From the NCBI GenBank assembly GCA_002686955.1, contig NYZA01000120.1, positions 1,066 to 65,065 of the forward strand: DNA of 64,000 bases, written 5' to 3'. The DNA is from Gemmatimonadota bacterium (lineage in GTDB: Bacteria; GCA-2686955). A program made the position numbers and the translations under genes. The notes beneath the pieces were generated by a model. It was not told where the DNA came from. It saw nothing but the letters and a program-made list of their open reading frames with translations, and did not search any database. This document shows, piece after piece, positions 55,059-64,000 of the stretch. The number at the start of each line of letters is the position of its first letter. Position 1 is the stretch's first letter.

Positions 55059-57218
55059 CTATGCAACCCAATGCTCGGCGCGCGGATCCCCTTCCGAGAT
55101 CTCGATGCGAATGGTGTCATGCTCCGGAAATGAAACGGGATCATCGCCTTTGTCGCGATGCAGTATTAGACGCAGTGCCAGTTCCATTCCCGGTCTTGCT
55201 CCCAGCAAATCCAGTGGACACGCAAGCTCGAGACAGTTCGCATAGGCTACTTCTATTCCGGTGCCGGCGATCGGCGTCCAGAGATCCTCTCTTCCGTCGC
55301 CGTCTTCGAAGCGGGCTGTGATCGGGTCGGATTGTGAGGACATCTCGATGCACAGGCGACGGCGGCACGGCTTCACGAACTCGATCGTTAGACGCGATCC
55401 AGGAGAGAGCACGCTGTCGAGCGAAGCGCCGTTTCCGCTGAGGAGCAGGTACAAGGTCGCGGGATCGAAGCCGAAACGAAGATGTCCAAATGGTGGCGCT
55501 TCATCGGAGCGATGCGCCGGCCCTTGCGGGGATCCGATCTCCGCCACTCCTCCCTCGAGCCACTCGAAATAGTGGGTGACCTCGCCGTCGATGATTGGGC
55601 GGAGATGCGCCCGCGGCATACGCACCCGGGGACCTTGTGCCGCAAGATTCGCGATCGGCGCCAGGAGCTCGGCGGGAACGGGTTGTCCCACGAGCTCGTA
55701 CACCCGTTGAAGGTGAGCACGGTAGAGGCGATCGAAAAGATCGAGATCGGGCGTATGGTGGTCCGGGCCGTACCACCAGTTCCAATCCGAGCCCTCCGCG
55801 ATGTGAATCTGCTTCCAGGCCGCCGCTCGCGTTTCTCCGTCCAGCCCCTTCTCGTGGCGCGTCAGGCATTCGCGCGCTCTGGCGAGAAGATCCCAAGCAT
55901 GATTGTCTTCCGCGTGACCGATCCAAACCGAGAAATCGGATCGAATCCATGAGCCGGCTCTTATTCGGCCGAGCTCCGCCACGGCACAGTCCCGCTCTTC
56001 CACCAGATCGCCGATCGTTCGGCATCGAATATCGGGAGCCGCCGCCAACGATTCGTAGAGCTGTCGAAGGAAGGGCGCCCCATCCTCGGGGAAATGCTCC
56101 CAGGCGTTCTCTCCGTCTAGAATGAGCGGAATGACACATTTGTCCGGATCGGAGCTTTGCGCCGCGCGCCGCCGTATTCGCGTCAACAGATCTTCGACCG
56201 CCTCGCTCGCGCCCCATTTCGAGTAGACGAATCCGATCCGATCCGAGAGCGTATGGTCTCTGAAGACCATTGCGACATCTTCGAAGAGGTAGAGCTTCAT
56301 GGGATCGGCGCGGGGATCGACCGATTGTTTCAGGACCTCTTCATCCGAAGCGCACCACTTGAAGCCCTCCTCCCCTACAAGGCGCAGGGCTGATTCGCTG
56401 ACAGAGCCTTCGGCCGGCCAGAGCCCAACGGGCTCGGTGCCGAAGTGTCGAAAATATGTCTCCTTGGCCGCCACGATCTGAGAACGTGCGTCCTCGATAT
56501 GCGCGAACGGAATCCGAGGTAGATCGATCGCCGGAAGCGCTTCTCGCGCGGAGCGATGATCGATCAGCAAGGGCAGAATCGGGTGGTAGAAGGGGGTCGT
56601 GCTGATCTCGAGTCGGCCGGCTTCGGCGAGCGATCGATAGGTAGGCACGATTCTGCCCAGTAGCTCCCGATGCAGATCGAGCACGCCCCGCACATCGGCC
56701 ATCGTGAAATCGCGGTCCTTCTCGAGCAGCTCCGCGGCACAGGTGCCCCTTCGCAGAGTCGGATCGACCCAGGCGAGGTTGAAATGAACCGCGAGGTCGA
56801 TGTAGTCCTGGGTGGAAAAACGAGGGGCCGCGTCGGCGAGCGATCGACGATCGTCTCCACGCTCGAGCAGAAGCTCGTAGTAGCGGGGCGAAGGGCGGAT
56901 CATCGTCGGGCCGTGGGCGCTGAAGAAGTGGCGGAGCATCTTCTCGGCTTCTTCGGCGCTGAGGGAGTCAGCCCGGAGCGACCACTGCTCGAACTCGTCA
57001 ATCGCACCTCCGCCGACATAGTCCTCGACCTGCTCGAGCAGAGAAGGCACGAGGTTGAAGTTCACCGCGACCCCGTCCACCGCCGCGGAGACGAGCGGCA
57101 TGTCCACATAGTCCTTGGCGGCGTGCAGGCGCACCCAGGGCAGCTCGTAGATACCGGTTTTCGGGTGCCGATAGTGTGGCTGGTGCATGTGCCAGAGAAT
57201 GACGAGGTTGATCGGCAT
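55059..57218 (-). CDS. Glycoside hydrolase family 57
   Basis: WHMHQPHY, PWVRLHAAKDY, PFYHPILPLL, LWPAEGSVS, LDGENAWE, AEGSDWNWW. Confidence 0.93.
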   Translation of the reverse strand: MPINLVILWHMHQPHYRHPKTGIYELPWVRLHAAKDYVDMPLVSAAVDGVAVNFNLVPSLLEQVEDYVGGGAIDEFEQWSLRADSLSAEEAEKMLRHFFSAHGPTMIRPSPRYYELLLERGDDRRSLADAAPRFSTQDYIDLAVHFNLAWVDPTLRRGTCAAELLEKDRDFTMADVRGVLDLHRELLGRIVPTYRSLAEAGRLEISTTPFYHPILPLLIDHRSAREALPAIDLPRIPFAHIEDARSQIVAAKETYFRHFGTEPVGLWPAEGSVSESALRLVGEEGFKWCASDEEVLKQSVDPRADPMKLYLFEDVAMVFRDHTLSDRIGFVYSKWGASEAVEDLLTRIRRRAAQSSDPDKCVIPLILDGENAWEHFPEDGAPFLRQLYESLAAAPDIRCRTIGDLVEERDCAVAELGRIRAGSWIRSDFSVWIGHAEDNHAWDLLARARECLTRHEKGLDGETRAAAWKQIHIAEGSDWNWWYGPDHHTPDLDLFDRLYRAHLQRVYELVGQPVPAELLAPIANLAAQGPRVRMPRAHLRPIIDGEVTHYFEWLEGGVAEIGSPQGPAHRSDEAPPFGHLRFGFDPATLYLLLSGNGASLDSVLSPGSRLTIEFVKPCRRRLCIEMSSQSDPITARFEDGDGREDLWTPIAGTGIEVAYANCLELACPLDLLGARPGMELALRLILHRDKGDDPVSFPEHDTIRIEISEGDPRAEHWVA

Positions 57219-57244
57219 ACTCGGTCCATCGGACCATCATTGCT

Positions 57245-57720
57245 TTACTTCTCCTTCGACGGTGGCCGGTAAAGGGTTCGCGCAAGAATAGCTTGTCATT
57301 TTGGCGCCCAGATGTGCCGCGGATCTGGTCGATCGCCGATCTTCGAAACCGGAGGAATAGCAGAGCCATTTCGAGGATTTCGGAGGTCGGCGATCGGCCG
57401 GAGACGTCGTACAGATGGGATGCCAAATGACAAGTCATTCTTGCGCGGACCCAAAGCAGAAAGGTCCGTCCGATCTGGCCGGCGCACTCCGCCTCGACCG
57501 CGGCGGCGAGGGCCGTGGCGACCTTGGGCCGTTCGAGAGGGCATTCCCGCGCGAGCCTCACCTTGATCAGCTCGTTGGCGTCCAGACATTCTCGGACCGA
57601 CTGAATCACAGCTTCGGTCGGTCCTGCCTTTCCGAGGGTCACCGCGGCGGTCAACCTCTGCCCGGCGCGGCGCAGCTCGGCCCGATCCCGACTCTGGAGC
57701 GGCAGCGGATAGACCCTCAC
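57245..57720 (-). pseudogene. yhbY: YhbY RNA-binding protein, frameshifted at codon 90 by a MITE-like insertion
   Basis: LRRAGQRL...LGKAG...NELIKVR...QIGRTFLL; removing 57274-57452 plus one AAA gives ...IGRTFLLYRPPSKEK* (97 aa, TAA at 57247-57245). As is, the frame reads through to 56998. Confidence 0.8.
57274..57452. mobile_element. 179-bp palindromic MITE-like element with AAA target-site duplication
   Basis: 44-bp imperfect terminal inverted repeats (57274-57317 / 57409-57452), inner 22-bp arms (57327-57348 / 57378-57399), flanking AAA at 57271-57273 and 57453-57455. Confidence 0.82.
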
Positions 57721-58887
57721 TCAGCCTCTCCGAGCATCCAACAGCCCATCGTATTCCTCTCGATAGAAAGCGGCCATGCGGTCCGCCGCGAAGAGCTCAC
57801 GGGCACGGCGACGGCCGCCCTCCGCCAGTCGCCGCGCTTCGTCGCGGTCGCGGAGCAGCCGGAGGATAGCGTCGGCCAGCTCCTTCGCTCGGCGAGGCGG
57901 CACCAGAAGCCCACTCCGCTCGTGTTCGATCACCTCGTTGTTCCCCTCGGTGTCGGATGCGACCACCGGCACGCCGAGGGCCATCGCCTCCATCAGCACC
58001 AGACTCGAGCCCTCGCCGAAGATCGACGGGAGAACTTTGACGCTGAGCGAGGAAAGTAACTCGGGCACGTCCTCCCGGAAACCGATGGTTCGCACCCGTT
58101 CCGAAACGCCACGCTCCCGAACTCGTCGCCGCAGCACTTCCAGGTAGTCCTCGCCCTCGACCCAATCCCCGTGGCCGGCCAGCACCAGCCGCGCCTCGGG
58201 GAGCTCCTCGAGCACATGGGCCATGGCGTCGATCAGATACTCAGCCCCTTTTCTCGGGCGGAAGCTCGCCACCATGCCCACGAGCGGAGCGTGCTCCGAT
58301 AGCCCGAGCTCGGCGCGCAAAGCGGGGCGATAGGGCGCCGCATCGATGAGTGCCGGATCGAAGCTGTTGTAGACCACGCGGATCTTCCTCTTTGGAACCC
58401 CGAGAGATCGGAGGTCGTCGGCAACGGCACGGCTTACCGCGATATATCGCGTCGTCAGAAACGATGTGATCCGCTCGACGATCGCGTTGACCCGCCCGGG
58501 CGATTGGGCGTTAGTGTCTCGGGAGATCGGTGCCTGCACGATCGTCAAGATCGGGACTCCACTGATCAGCCGGGCCAGGCGACCTATAAGGTTCGTTCGG
58601 GCCGTTTGGGTCACTATCAGATCGGGGTGGACCCGATCGATCACCTTCGCCAGCCTGAGCGCGACGCCCAGATCGGCCTTGCCGCGCATCGACATGATTT
58701 CAACCGGGATTCCGAGCTCTTCCACCCGTTCGCGGAGCAGGCCGTCGGCCAGACAGACCAGTATGGGCTCGAAGCGGGAGCGATCGGTGTACTTGAGCAG
58801 CAGATAGAGCGACTGCTCGCCACCGCTCCAATGCTCGCCGTGAATCAGGTGAAGAACGCGCCGGGGAGGAGGAGCCGAAGAGCTCAA
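57721..58887 (-). CDS. Glycosyltransferase family 4
   Basis: VLHLIHGEHWSGGE, RPRKG, GFREDV, EGSSLVLMEAMALGVPVVAS; TTG start overlapping the upstream stop. Confidence 0.92.
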   Translation of the reverse strand: MSSSAPPPRRVLHLIHGEHWSGGEQSLYLLLKYTDRSRFEPILVCLADGLLRERVEELGIPVEIMSMRGKADLGVALRLAKVIDRVHPDLIVTQTARTNLIGRLARLISGVPILTIVQAPISRDTNAQSPGRVNAIVERITSFLTTRYIAVSRAVADDLRSLGVPKRKIRVVYNSFDPALIDAAPYRPALRAELGLSEHAPLVGMVASFRPRKGAEYLIDAMAHVLEELPEARLVLAGHGDWVEGEDYLEVLRRRVRERGVSERVRTIGFREDVPELLSSLSVKVLPSIFGEGSSLVLMEAMALGVPVVASDTEGNNEVIEHERSGLLVPPRRAKELADAILRLLRDRDEARRLAEGGRRRARELFAADRMAAFYREEYDGLLDARRG

Positions 58888-60536
58888 ACCGAGAGAGAGC
58901 CCGCCCGGAGCTCGTTCGCCCCGATCGGAACGTTGATCACGTAGGGACAATCCGCTTCGAGTCCGCGCCGGATCGCGGGACCGAGCTCGCCGGCGCTCTC
59001 GATCGCTTCGCCACCGCCGCCCATGGCGCGCGAGATGAGCGAGTAGTCGGTCGGCGCCAGGCCGGTCGCCACGGCCCGTTCTTCTCCGTACATCTGCACC
59101 TGTCCGCGCCGGATCTGCGACCAGGCGGCATCGTTGCCGACCACCGCGACGAAGGGGATCCCCTGTCGAACGCAGCTTTCTATGTCGAAGCCGTTGAAGC
59201 CCACGGAGCCGTCGCCCCATGCGATCACGACCGCTGCCTCGGGATGCGCGAGCTTTGCCGCCATTGCATAGCCCGGGCCCACGCCCAAGGTCCCCAGCGG
59301 ACCGGCATCGAGCCAGCGGCCCGCTCGGCTCGGCCGGATCATGCCGGCCACCGATGCAACGAAATCGCCACCGTCCCCGATGACGAAGGCGTCGTCGGGA
59401 ATCGCTCGGGCGATCTCGGCTCCGACCCGGATCGGGTGCATCGGGAACTCGCCCCGCCCCGCCAACTCGTCCAGCTTCGATCGTTTCGCGGCGTCAGCGG
59501 CCCGAAGGCGCCCCAGCCATTCGCCCGACTCGTCGAGGGGCATTGCGTCGGTCGGCAGCGCCGCCAACATCCCTTCGAGCGCCAGTCCCACGTCCCCGGC
59601 GATCCCGACGCCGGCGGCCCGGTTCCTTCCGATCTCGGTCGGGTCGAGATCGACGCGGATCAGCTCGAGATCTTGGGGCCAGGCAGGAGCCAACCCGTAC
59701 CCGATCCGGAAATCGAGCGGAGTGCCGATCACGAGCGCGAGATCGGCTTCCGCGATCGCTCTTGCCCGCCCGCCCGTCAAGTACGAAGGGTGGTCGGGCG
59801 GCAAACAACCGCGGCCCTGGCCGTTCAAGAAAGCCGGCAGGTTCAGCCGATCGCAGAGATCGCGCAATCGACCGGCCGCGTCACACCAGAACACCTGAGA
59901 GCCCGCGACAACGACGGGGCGTTCCGCCGCCGCCAGTTTGGCCGCCGCCTCCTCGATCTTGGCGGGGTCCACACCGGTCCTCGGCCGGTCCGAAAGCGGG
60001 TCGCCGTCCGGCGTGTTCGTGGCTTCGAAGGGGGTCATCATCGTATCGAGCGGAACCTCGAGAAAGACCGGCCCCGGAACGCCGGCGAGCGCCTCCCGAA
60101 ACGCCGCCGCGACGTACTCCCCCGCCCGAGCGGCCTCTGGCACACGACGGGCCCATTTGGTAACCGGCCCGACCATGGCGATGTGGTCGCTTTCCTGGAG
60201 CCCGCCCCGGTCTCTCAGCGCATGGGGCGCCTGGCCGCCGATAACGACCATCGGCGTGTTCGATTGCATGGCGTTCGCCATGCAGGTGAGGCCGTTCGTC
60301 ACACCCGGGCCGGCCGTGAGCAGCGCCACACCCGGGCGCCGCGTGACCCGCGCCCACCCTTCGGCCGCGAAGCCCGCGCTCTGCTCGTGGCGAAGGTCGA
60401 CCACCCTCAGCCCATGATCGAGGCAGCCCTCGTAGATCTCCATGATGTGTCCGCCACAGAGCGTGAAGACATGGGTGACACCTTCCGCCGCCAGGGCACG
60501 CGCGATCAGCTTGCCGCCGGAGAGCAGATCAGTCAT
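58884..60536 (-). CDS. Thiamine-diphosphate enzyme (IlvB-like / 2-hydroxyacyl-CoA lyase-like)
   Basis: FTLCGGHI, RHEQSA, TAGPGVTN, GPLGTLGVG, GDGSVGF...GNDAAW ThDP motif. Confidence 0.9.
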   Translation of the reverse strand: MTDLLSGGKLIARALAAEGVTHVFTLCGGHIMEIYEGCLDHGLRVVDLRHEQSAGFAAEGWARVTRRPGVALLTAGPGVTNGLTCMANAMQSNTPMVVIGGQAPHALRDRGGLQESDHIAMVGPVTKWARRVPEAARAGEYVAAAFREALAGVPGPVFLEVPLDTMMTPFEATNTPDGDPLSDRPRTGVDPAKIEEAAAKLAAAERPVVVAGSQVFWCDAAGRLRDLCDRLNLPAFLNGQGRGCLPPDHPSYLTGGRARAIAEADLALVIGTPLDFRIGYGLAPAWPQDLELIRVDLDPTEIGRNRAAGVGIAGDVGLALEGMLAALPTDAMPLDESGEWLGRLRAADAAKRSKLDELAGRGEFPMHPIRVGAEIARAIPDDAFVIGDGGDFVASVAGMIRPSRAGRWLDAGPLGTLGVGPGYAMAAKLAHPEAAVVIAWGDGSVGFNGFDIESCVRQGIPFVAVVGNDAAWSQIRRGQVQMYGEERAVATGLAPTDYSLISRAMGGGGEAIESAGELGPAIRRGLEADCPYVINVPIGANELRAGSLSV

Positions 60537-62256
60537 TGCGGGTATCCCCATACCGGGGATCCATCATGCTCACACAACCCGAGTCCCCGACCGCGAGCCA
60601 CAACAATCCCCCGGGGCCACCGTACGCCCCCAAATCGGGCGTCGCGGAATTGAACGACCCGTAAGTACTGTCGACCGCCGACCAGGCGATTCCGTCCGGA
60701 TCGCCCGTGCCTGCATCGATGCACGGAGAGTATGGATGCAACACCGATTCGAAGGGGCCGAAGTCAAGCAGAAAGGGGTCCTCCTCGAAATTCCCTTCCC
60801 CTTGCCAGCCGCCCTCGACACAGGAATAGACGAGATCCGGCGCGGTACCCAGGCTGTCCACCGCGGACGGGGAATTGTCCCAGAGGATGCAGTTTTCCGC
60901 GAAAGGAACGCCCGAACCGAAGATCGTAATGGCGCCGCTGGCAGAGTTGTCGGTCGAATTGTCGAGGATCGTGCAGTGGCGAATCGTCGGCGTACTCCAG
61001 AGCATCGCTCCGAACGCGCTGGACTTGAATGTGAAAGCTCCTCCCGTCGTTCTGGATACATTCTCTGTAACCACACAATTGCTCAACACGGGATCCGCAT
61101 CGAAGGCATAGAGCGCGCCTCCACTTCCTCCGAACGGTCCCCACGCCCGATTGCCCTTGATCGTGCAAGCGTCGAAGAAGGCGCGGGATCCGGTGCAGTA
61201 GATGCCGCCGCCTTCGGGAGAGGTATCCGCCATCAACCAATTGTCTTGAATCGAGGATCGAACGAAGACAGGTGATGATGAAAGTATGTAGATGCCACCC
61301 CCTCGAGATTCAGCGACGTTTTCGGTGAATTCGCACTCAACCCATCTCGCCTCGGCATCATCCGCGAAAAGAACGTACGCGCCACCGCCAAAGCTAGCGG
61401 TGGCCCTGTTCTCTGAAAAAGTGCTTCGTTCGAATCGAGCCGCGGAGCGCCCGAGAACGAAAATACCTCCGCCGGCACGGGCCGTGTTGTTGTCGATCAG
61501 GCAGTCGGCGACCAGCGGCGCCGCACTCGAGAGGTAGACGCCGCCACCATCTATTCCCGCGGTGTTTTCGGTGATGTTGCACCGGGCGAACCAGTTGCCG
61601 GTCGACTCGGCGACGGCCGAGCCGTCTCCCAGGCCGTAGACCGCCCCCCCGTAGGTCGCTTGGTTCTTGTCGAGCGTGCAATCCAGCACCCGCACGACCG
61701 ACTCTTCGTCGAAGAAGATCGCTCCCCCGAATCCACCGTTCAGTGCGGCGTTGCTCGAGAAGGCGCATCTCTGAAACTCCGCCGTCGAGCTGCCCATGAC
61801 AACGACTCCTCCCCCGCGACCACCGAAGGAATGGGCGGCGTTGTCCGAGATCACACATCGCCAGATCGAAGGCGCAGCATGGTCGATGTGAATGCCCCCT
61901 CCATCTTCCGCGAATCCTCCGGTGATCGTGAATCCGAAGAGGATGGCACTAGGAAAGGTCGTATCGGGGGAAGAGAAGCTCACGGCCGAGGCGATGTCAA
62001 AGCCGTCGATTACGGTTCCCGCCACCGTTTCGTCATCCCAAGGATCGATCGAGGTCACGAACGGACCCTTCCCGGCGATGCTGATTCCGCCGCCGTAGGT
62101 ACCCGGAGAGACGATGATCCGTTGGCGATCGACCGCCACGTCGACGGCCTCCTGCAGGGAGGGGAAGTCCGCCGGGACGTGAATGGGGGGCAGAGGTCCC
62201 GCCATCGCTCCGGTGGCTATCCATGGAAAGCTGAGAGTTTTTTTGATCGCGTTCAT
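60529..62256 (-). CDS. Right-handed parallel beta-helix repeat protein
   Basis: IHVPADFPSLQEAVD, repeated NxA...GGG[IV]Y motifs, NCILWDN, SPCIDAG, DLGAYGGP. Confidence 0.85.
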   Translation of the reverse strand: MNAIKKTLSFPWIATGAMAGPLPPIHVPADFPSLQEAVDVAVDRQRIIVSPGTYGGGISIAGKGPFVTSIDPWDDETVAGTVIDGFDIASAVSFSSPDTTFPSAILFGFTITGGFAEDGGGIHIDHAAPSIWRCVISDNAAHSFGGRGGGVVVMGSSTAEFQRCAFSSNAALNGGFGGAIFFDEESVVRVLDCTLDKNQATYGGAVYGLGDGSAVAESTGNWFARCNITENTAGIDGGGVYLSSAAPLVADCLIDNNTARAGGGIFVLGRSAARFERSTFSENRATASFGGGAYVLFADDAEARWVECEFTENVAESRGGGIYILSSSPVFVRSSIQDNWLMADTSPEGGGIYCTGSRAFFDACTIKGNRAWGPFGGSGGALYAFDADPVLSNCVVTENVSRTTGGAFTFKSSAFGAMLWSTPTIRHCTILDNSTDNSASGAITIFGSGVPFAENCILWDNSPSAVDSLGTAPDLVYSCVEGGWQGEGNFEEDPFLLDFGPFESVLHPYSPCIDAGTGDPDGIAWSAVDSTYGSFNSATPDLGAYGGPGGLLWLAVGDSGCVSMMDPRYGDTRND

Positions 62257-62322
62257 ATTCGTGGACCGGGTTTCCGCCTCAACTCCGAATCAAGGGAAAA
62301 TACACCAACTTTCGCCGGGCGA

Positions 62323-63390
62323 TCAGAGCGTGTCGTGAAACGCTTCCGTCACATACCAGTTCGTCGGCTCGGCCAGAACCCGGCGACGCACCTGCTTCTC
62401 GTCGAAAACCCAGTAGACGAGCGGTTGCTCCCTCCCCTCCCAGTAGAACCCCGCATCGAGCAGTGCCGCATAGTGGGGTTCGCTTGCCGCGAGGTGGATT
62501 TCCAGCCACCCCACCCGGCCCAATGCCCATCTCGTGATACCCCTGGCCATGGCACGCAGGTCGTCCGGATCGGTCGTACCGAAGAGATCGACGACATGCC
62601 AGGTCCCGTCGCCGGGTTCAGGCGTCCGAATCAACGCATAGCGTTGCACTCTCTCGCCCTCTTCCAACGCGAGAATCGTGTAGCTCCGTCCGGGCGCATC
62701 GTCGAATCGCCACCGAAGCCAGTCCAGGCCCCGCTCCTCGACGCATACATACTGATCCCGGCAGCGCTCCCAGAGATCCTCGAACCGCTCGTCGAAGCCT
62801 CGGACCTCCTTCACCTGCGCGCCACGCGGGTGAACCCAGCCCGCTTTCCGTTCTCGCAAGCGGAAGCCGATGCGGTGCCGGCGAGACGACAGGTTCGCTC
62901 TAAGGGCTTTCATCCAGGCCAGATTCTCGTACCCGAGAAGGCGTTTGCCGATCTTGTAAGCCGTGGGATTGGGAGCGCCGATTCCCCATGCGACTTCCCC
63001 CATCTTCGCCCACTTCCCCTGATTCTCGTAGAGGCGCATCTGCAATCGCCCTCCCCGGTAACGCTCCTGCACCATATTGTCGACCGGCACCCCGGTCTCG
63101 AACAGCTTCGCGCCGAGCTGAAATCGGCGAATCAGGCTGCCGTAGTGCCCGACCACACTCCCGTTTCGGTCCACCGCCACGCTCGCCGCTGTCTCACCCA
63201 GATGTGCGCCGTTGAATTTCCAGTCCCACTCCGCGCGCCACTGCTCCGCCGGCACCTTTCGGTCGGCCCCGAACACCTCGACGGCGAGCTCCGCGATGCC
63301 TTGCCGGTCCGAAAGGCGGCATGGACGGATCACGAGCCCCTCGAACTCCCAGCTCAGCGATCGATCGTTTCTGTGCGAAAGCAGATCCAA
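62323..63390 (-). CDS. GNAT family N-acetyltransferase
   Basis: [32 protein letters not shown] tandem GNAT-like pattern. Confidence 0.75.
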   Translation of the reverse strand: MDLLSHRNDRSLSWEFEGLVIRPCRLSDRQGIAELAVEVFGADRKVPAEQWRAEWDWKFNGAHLGETAASVAVDRNGSVVGHYGSLIRRFQLGAKLFETGVPVDNMVQERYRGGRLQMRLYENQGKWAKMGEVAWGIGAPNPTAYKIGKRLLGYENLAWMKALRANLSSRRHRIGFRLRERKAGWVHPRGAQVKEVRGFDERFEDLWERCRDQYVCVEERGLDWLRWRFDDAPGRSYTILALEEGERVQRYALIRTPEPGDGTWHVVDLFGTTDPDDLRAMARGITRWALGRVGWLEIHLAASEPHYAALLDAGFYWEGREQPLVYWVFDEKQVRRRVLAEPTNWYVTEAFHDTL

Positions 63391-63505
63391 AGTTCGACTC
63401 CGTCACGTTCCCCAGTTGTTATGCTCCCCGCCTTTCCGATGCAATCGACCGAACGAAGATCCGCATCATAACGCGGCGTCAACCACGAAGCAGGAGTGCG
63501 AACCG

Positions 63506-64000
63506 ATGATCAAAACGAAGCTCTTCCGGGCCAGTGTCCTTCTGATCCCCATGATCGCTCTCACCGGCTCGAGCAGCGCCGAAGGGGGAGCCGACGCCTG
63601 GCGCGGCAAGCGGGGGCTCTACGCCGTCTTCAACACCAACCACGGGCGTATCGTCTGCCGCCTATTCCCCGACAAGGCCCCGAAGACGGTAGAGAACTTC
63701 GTCGGGCTCGCCGAGGGCACCAAGGAGTGGACCCATCCCGGCTCCGGCAAGAAGATGACCGGTGAGCGCTTCTACGATGGTCTCATCTTCCACCGTGTCA
63801 TCCCCCGATTCATGATTCAGGGTGGCGACCCCCTCGGCAAAGGCTTCGGCGGCCCCGGCTACCAGTTCGAAGACGAGATCGACCCGAGCCTGAAATTCGA
63901 CCGACCCGGACGGCTGGCGATGGCCAACTCGGGACCGGGCACGAACGGCAGCCAGTTTTTCATCACCGAGGTGCCGACCGAGCATCTGAACGGCCGCCAC
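63506..64000 (+). CDS. Cyclophilin-type peptidyl-prolyl isomerase (partial, runs off right edge)
   Basis: Not in ORF track. AGGAG RBS; signal peptide; [53 protein letters not shown]. Confidence 0.93.
   Translation, partial: MIKTKLFRASVLLIPMIALTGSSSAEGGADAWRGKRGLYAVFNTNHGRIVCRLFPDKAPKTVENFVGLAEGTKEWTHPGSGKKMTGERFYDGLIFHRVIPRFMIQGGDPLGKGFGGPGYQFEDEIDPSLKFDRPGRLAMANSGPGTNGSQFFITEVPTEHLNGRH

Noticed and set aside
57274-57452. 6S RNA interpretation of the roughly 180-nt rod hairpin
   Set aside because: Size fits, but the AAA duplication and interruption of a conserved reading frame favour an insertion; not formally excluded without Rfam.
56998-57720. 240-aa ORF as a genuinely extended YhbY
   Set aside because: Residues after 89 derive from the inserted element and an off-frame overlap with GH57; excision restores a normal stop.

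Overview
GC-rich bacterial chromosomal window, mostly core genes, with no prophage, CRISPR array or transposase visible. A FlgD-Ig-tailed secreted protein and the gene mix suggest an FCB-related lineage such as Eisenbacteria, Krumholzibacteriota or Latescibacterota (inference only). From left to right: DUF1015-serA-serC operon; a lipoprotein with a sigma54-type promoter; an A1-type cytochrome c oxidase cluster (II, I, III, IV, second III, small CxxC protein, diheme cytochrome c, Crp/Fnr regulator, ctaA, ctaB, DUF420) with tandem FNR boxes at its promoter; an ADP-forming acyl-CoA ligase; an M1 peptidase; phoH-HDIG-ybeY-2x CNNM/CorC-mgtE-recO; DUF72; tRNA sulfurtransferase-like gene, TusA-family gene, smpB, amidase, GerMN, murI, rph, rdgB, tRNA-Pro and tRNA-Arg; ferredoxin; udp; a P-loop protein; OpgC; ileS; rfbB; an ABC transporter; an NfnA-NfnB-Cys cluster-ferritin-like fusion; a two-gene matrixin module; and a final block of envelope/glycan genes ending in a partial cyclophilin. 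Most notable: (1) a 179-bp hairpin-forming MITE-like element with a 3-bp target duplication that frameshifts yhbY, whose removal restores a 97-aa YhbY; (2) a two-hairpin structured leader upstream of mgtE; (3) the Nfn-rubrerythrin-like fusion; (4) an IleRS with HNGH/KESKS motifs and an inserted double-psi-barrel-like domain; (5) a P-loop protein ending in the beta-clamp motif QLDLF. All family assignments come from motif recognition by eye; no database searches were run.
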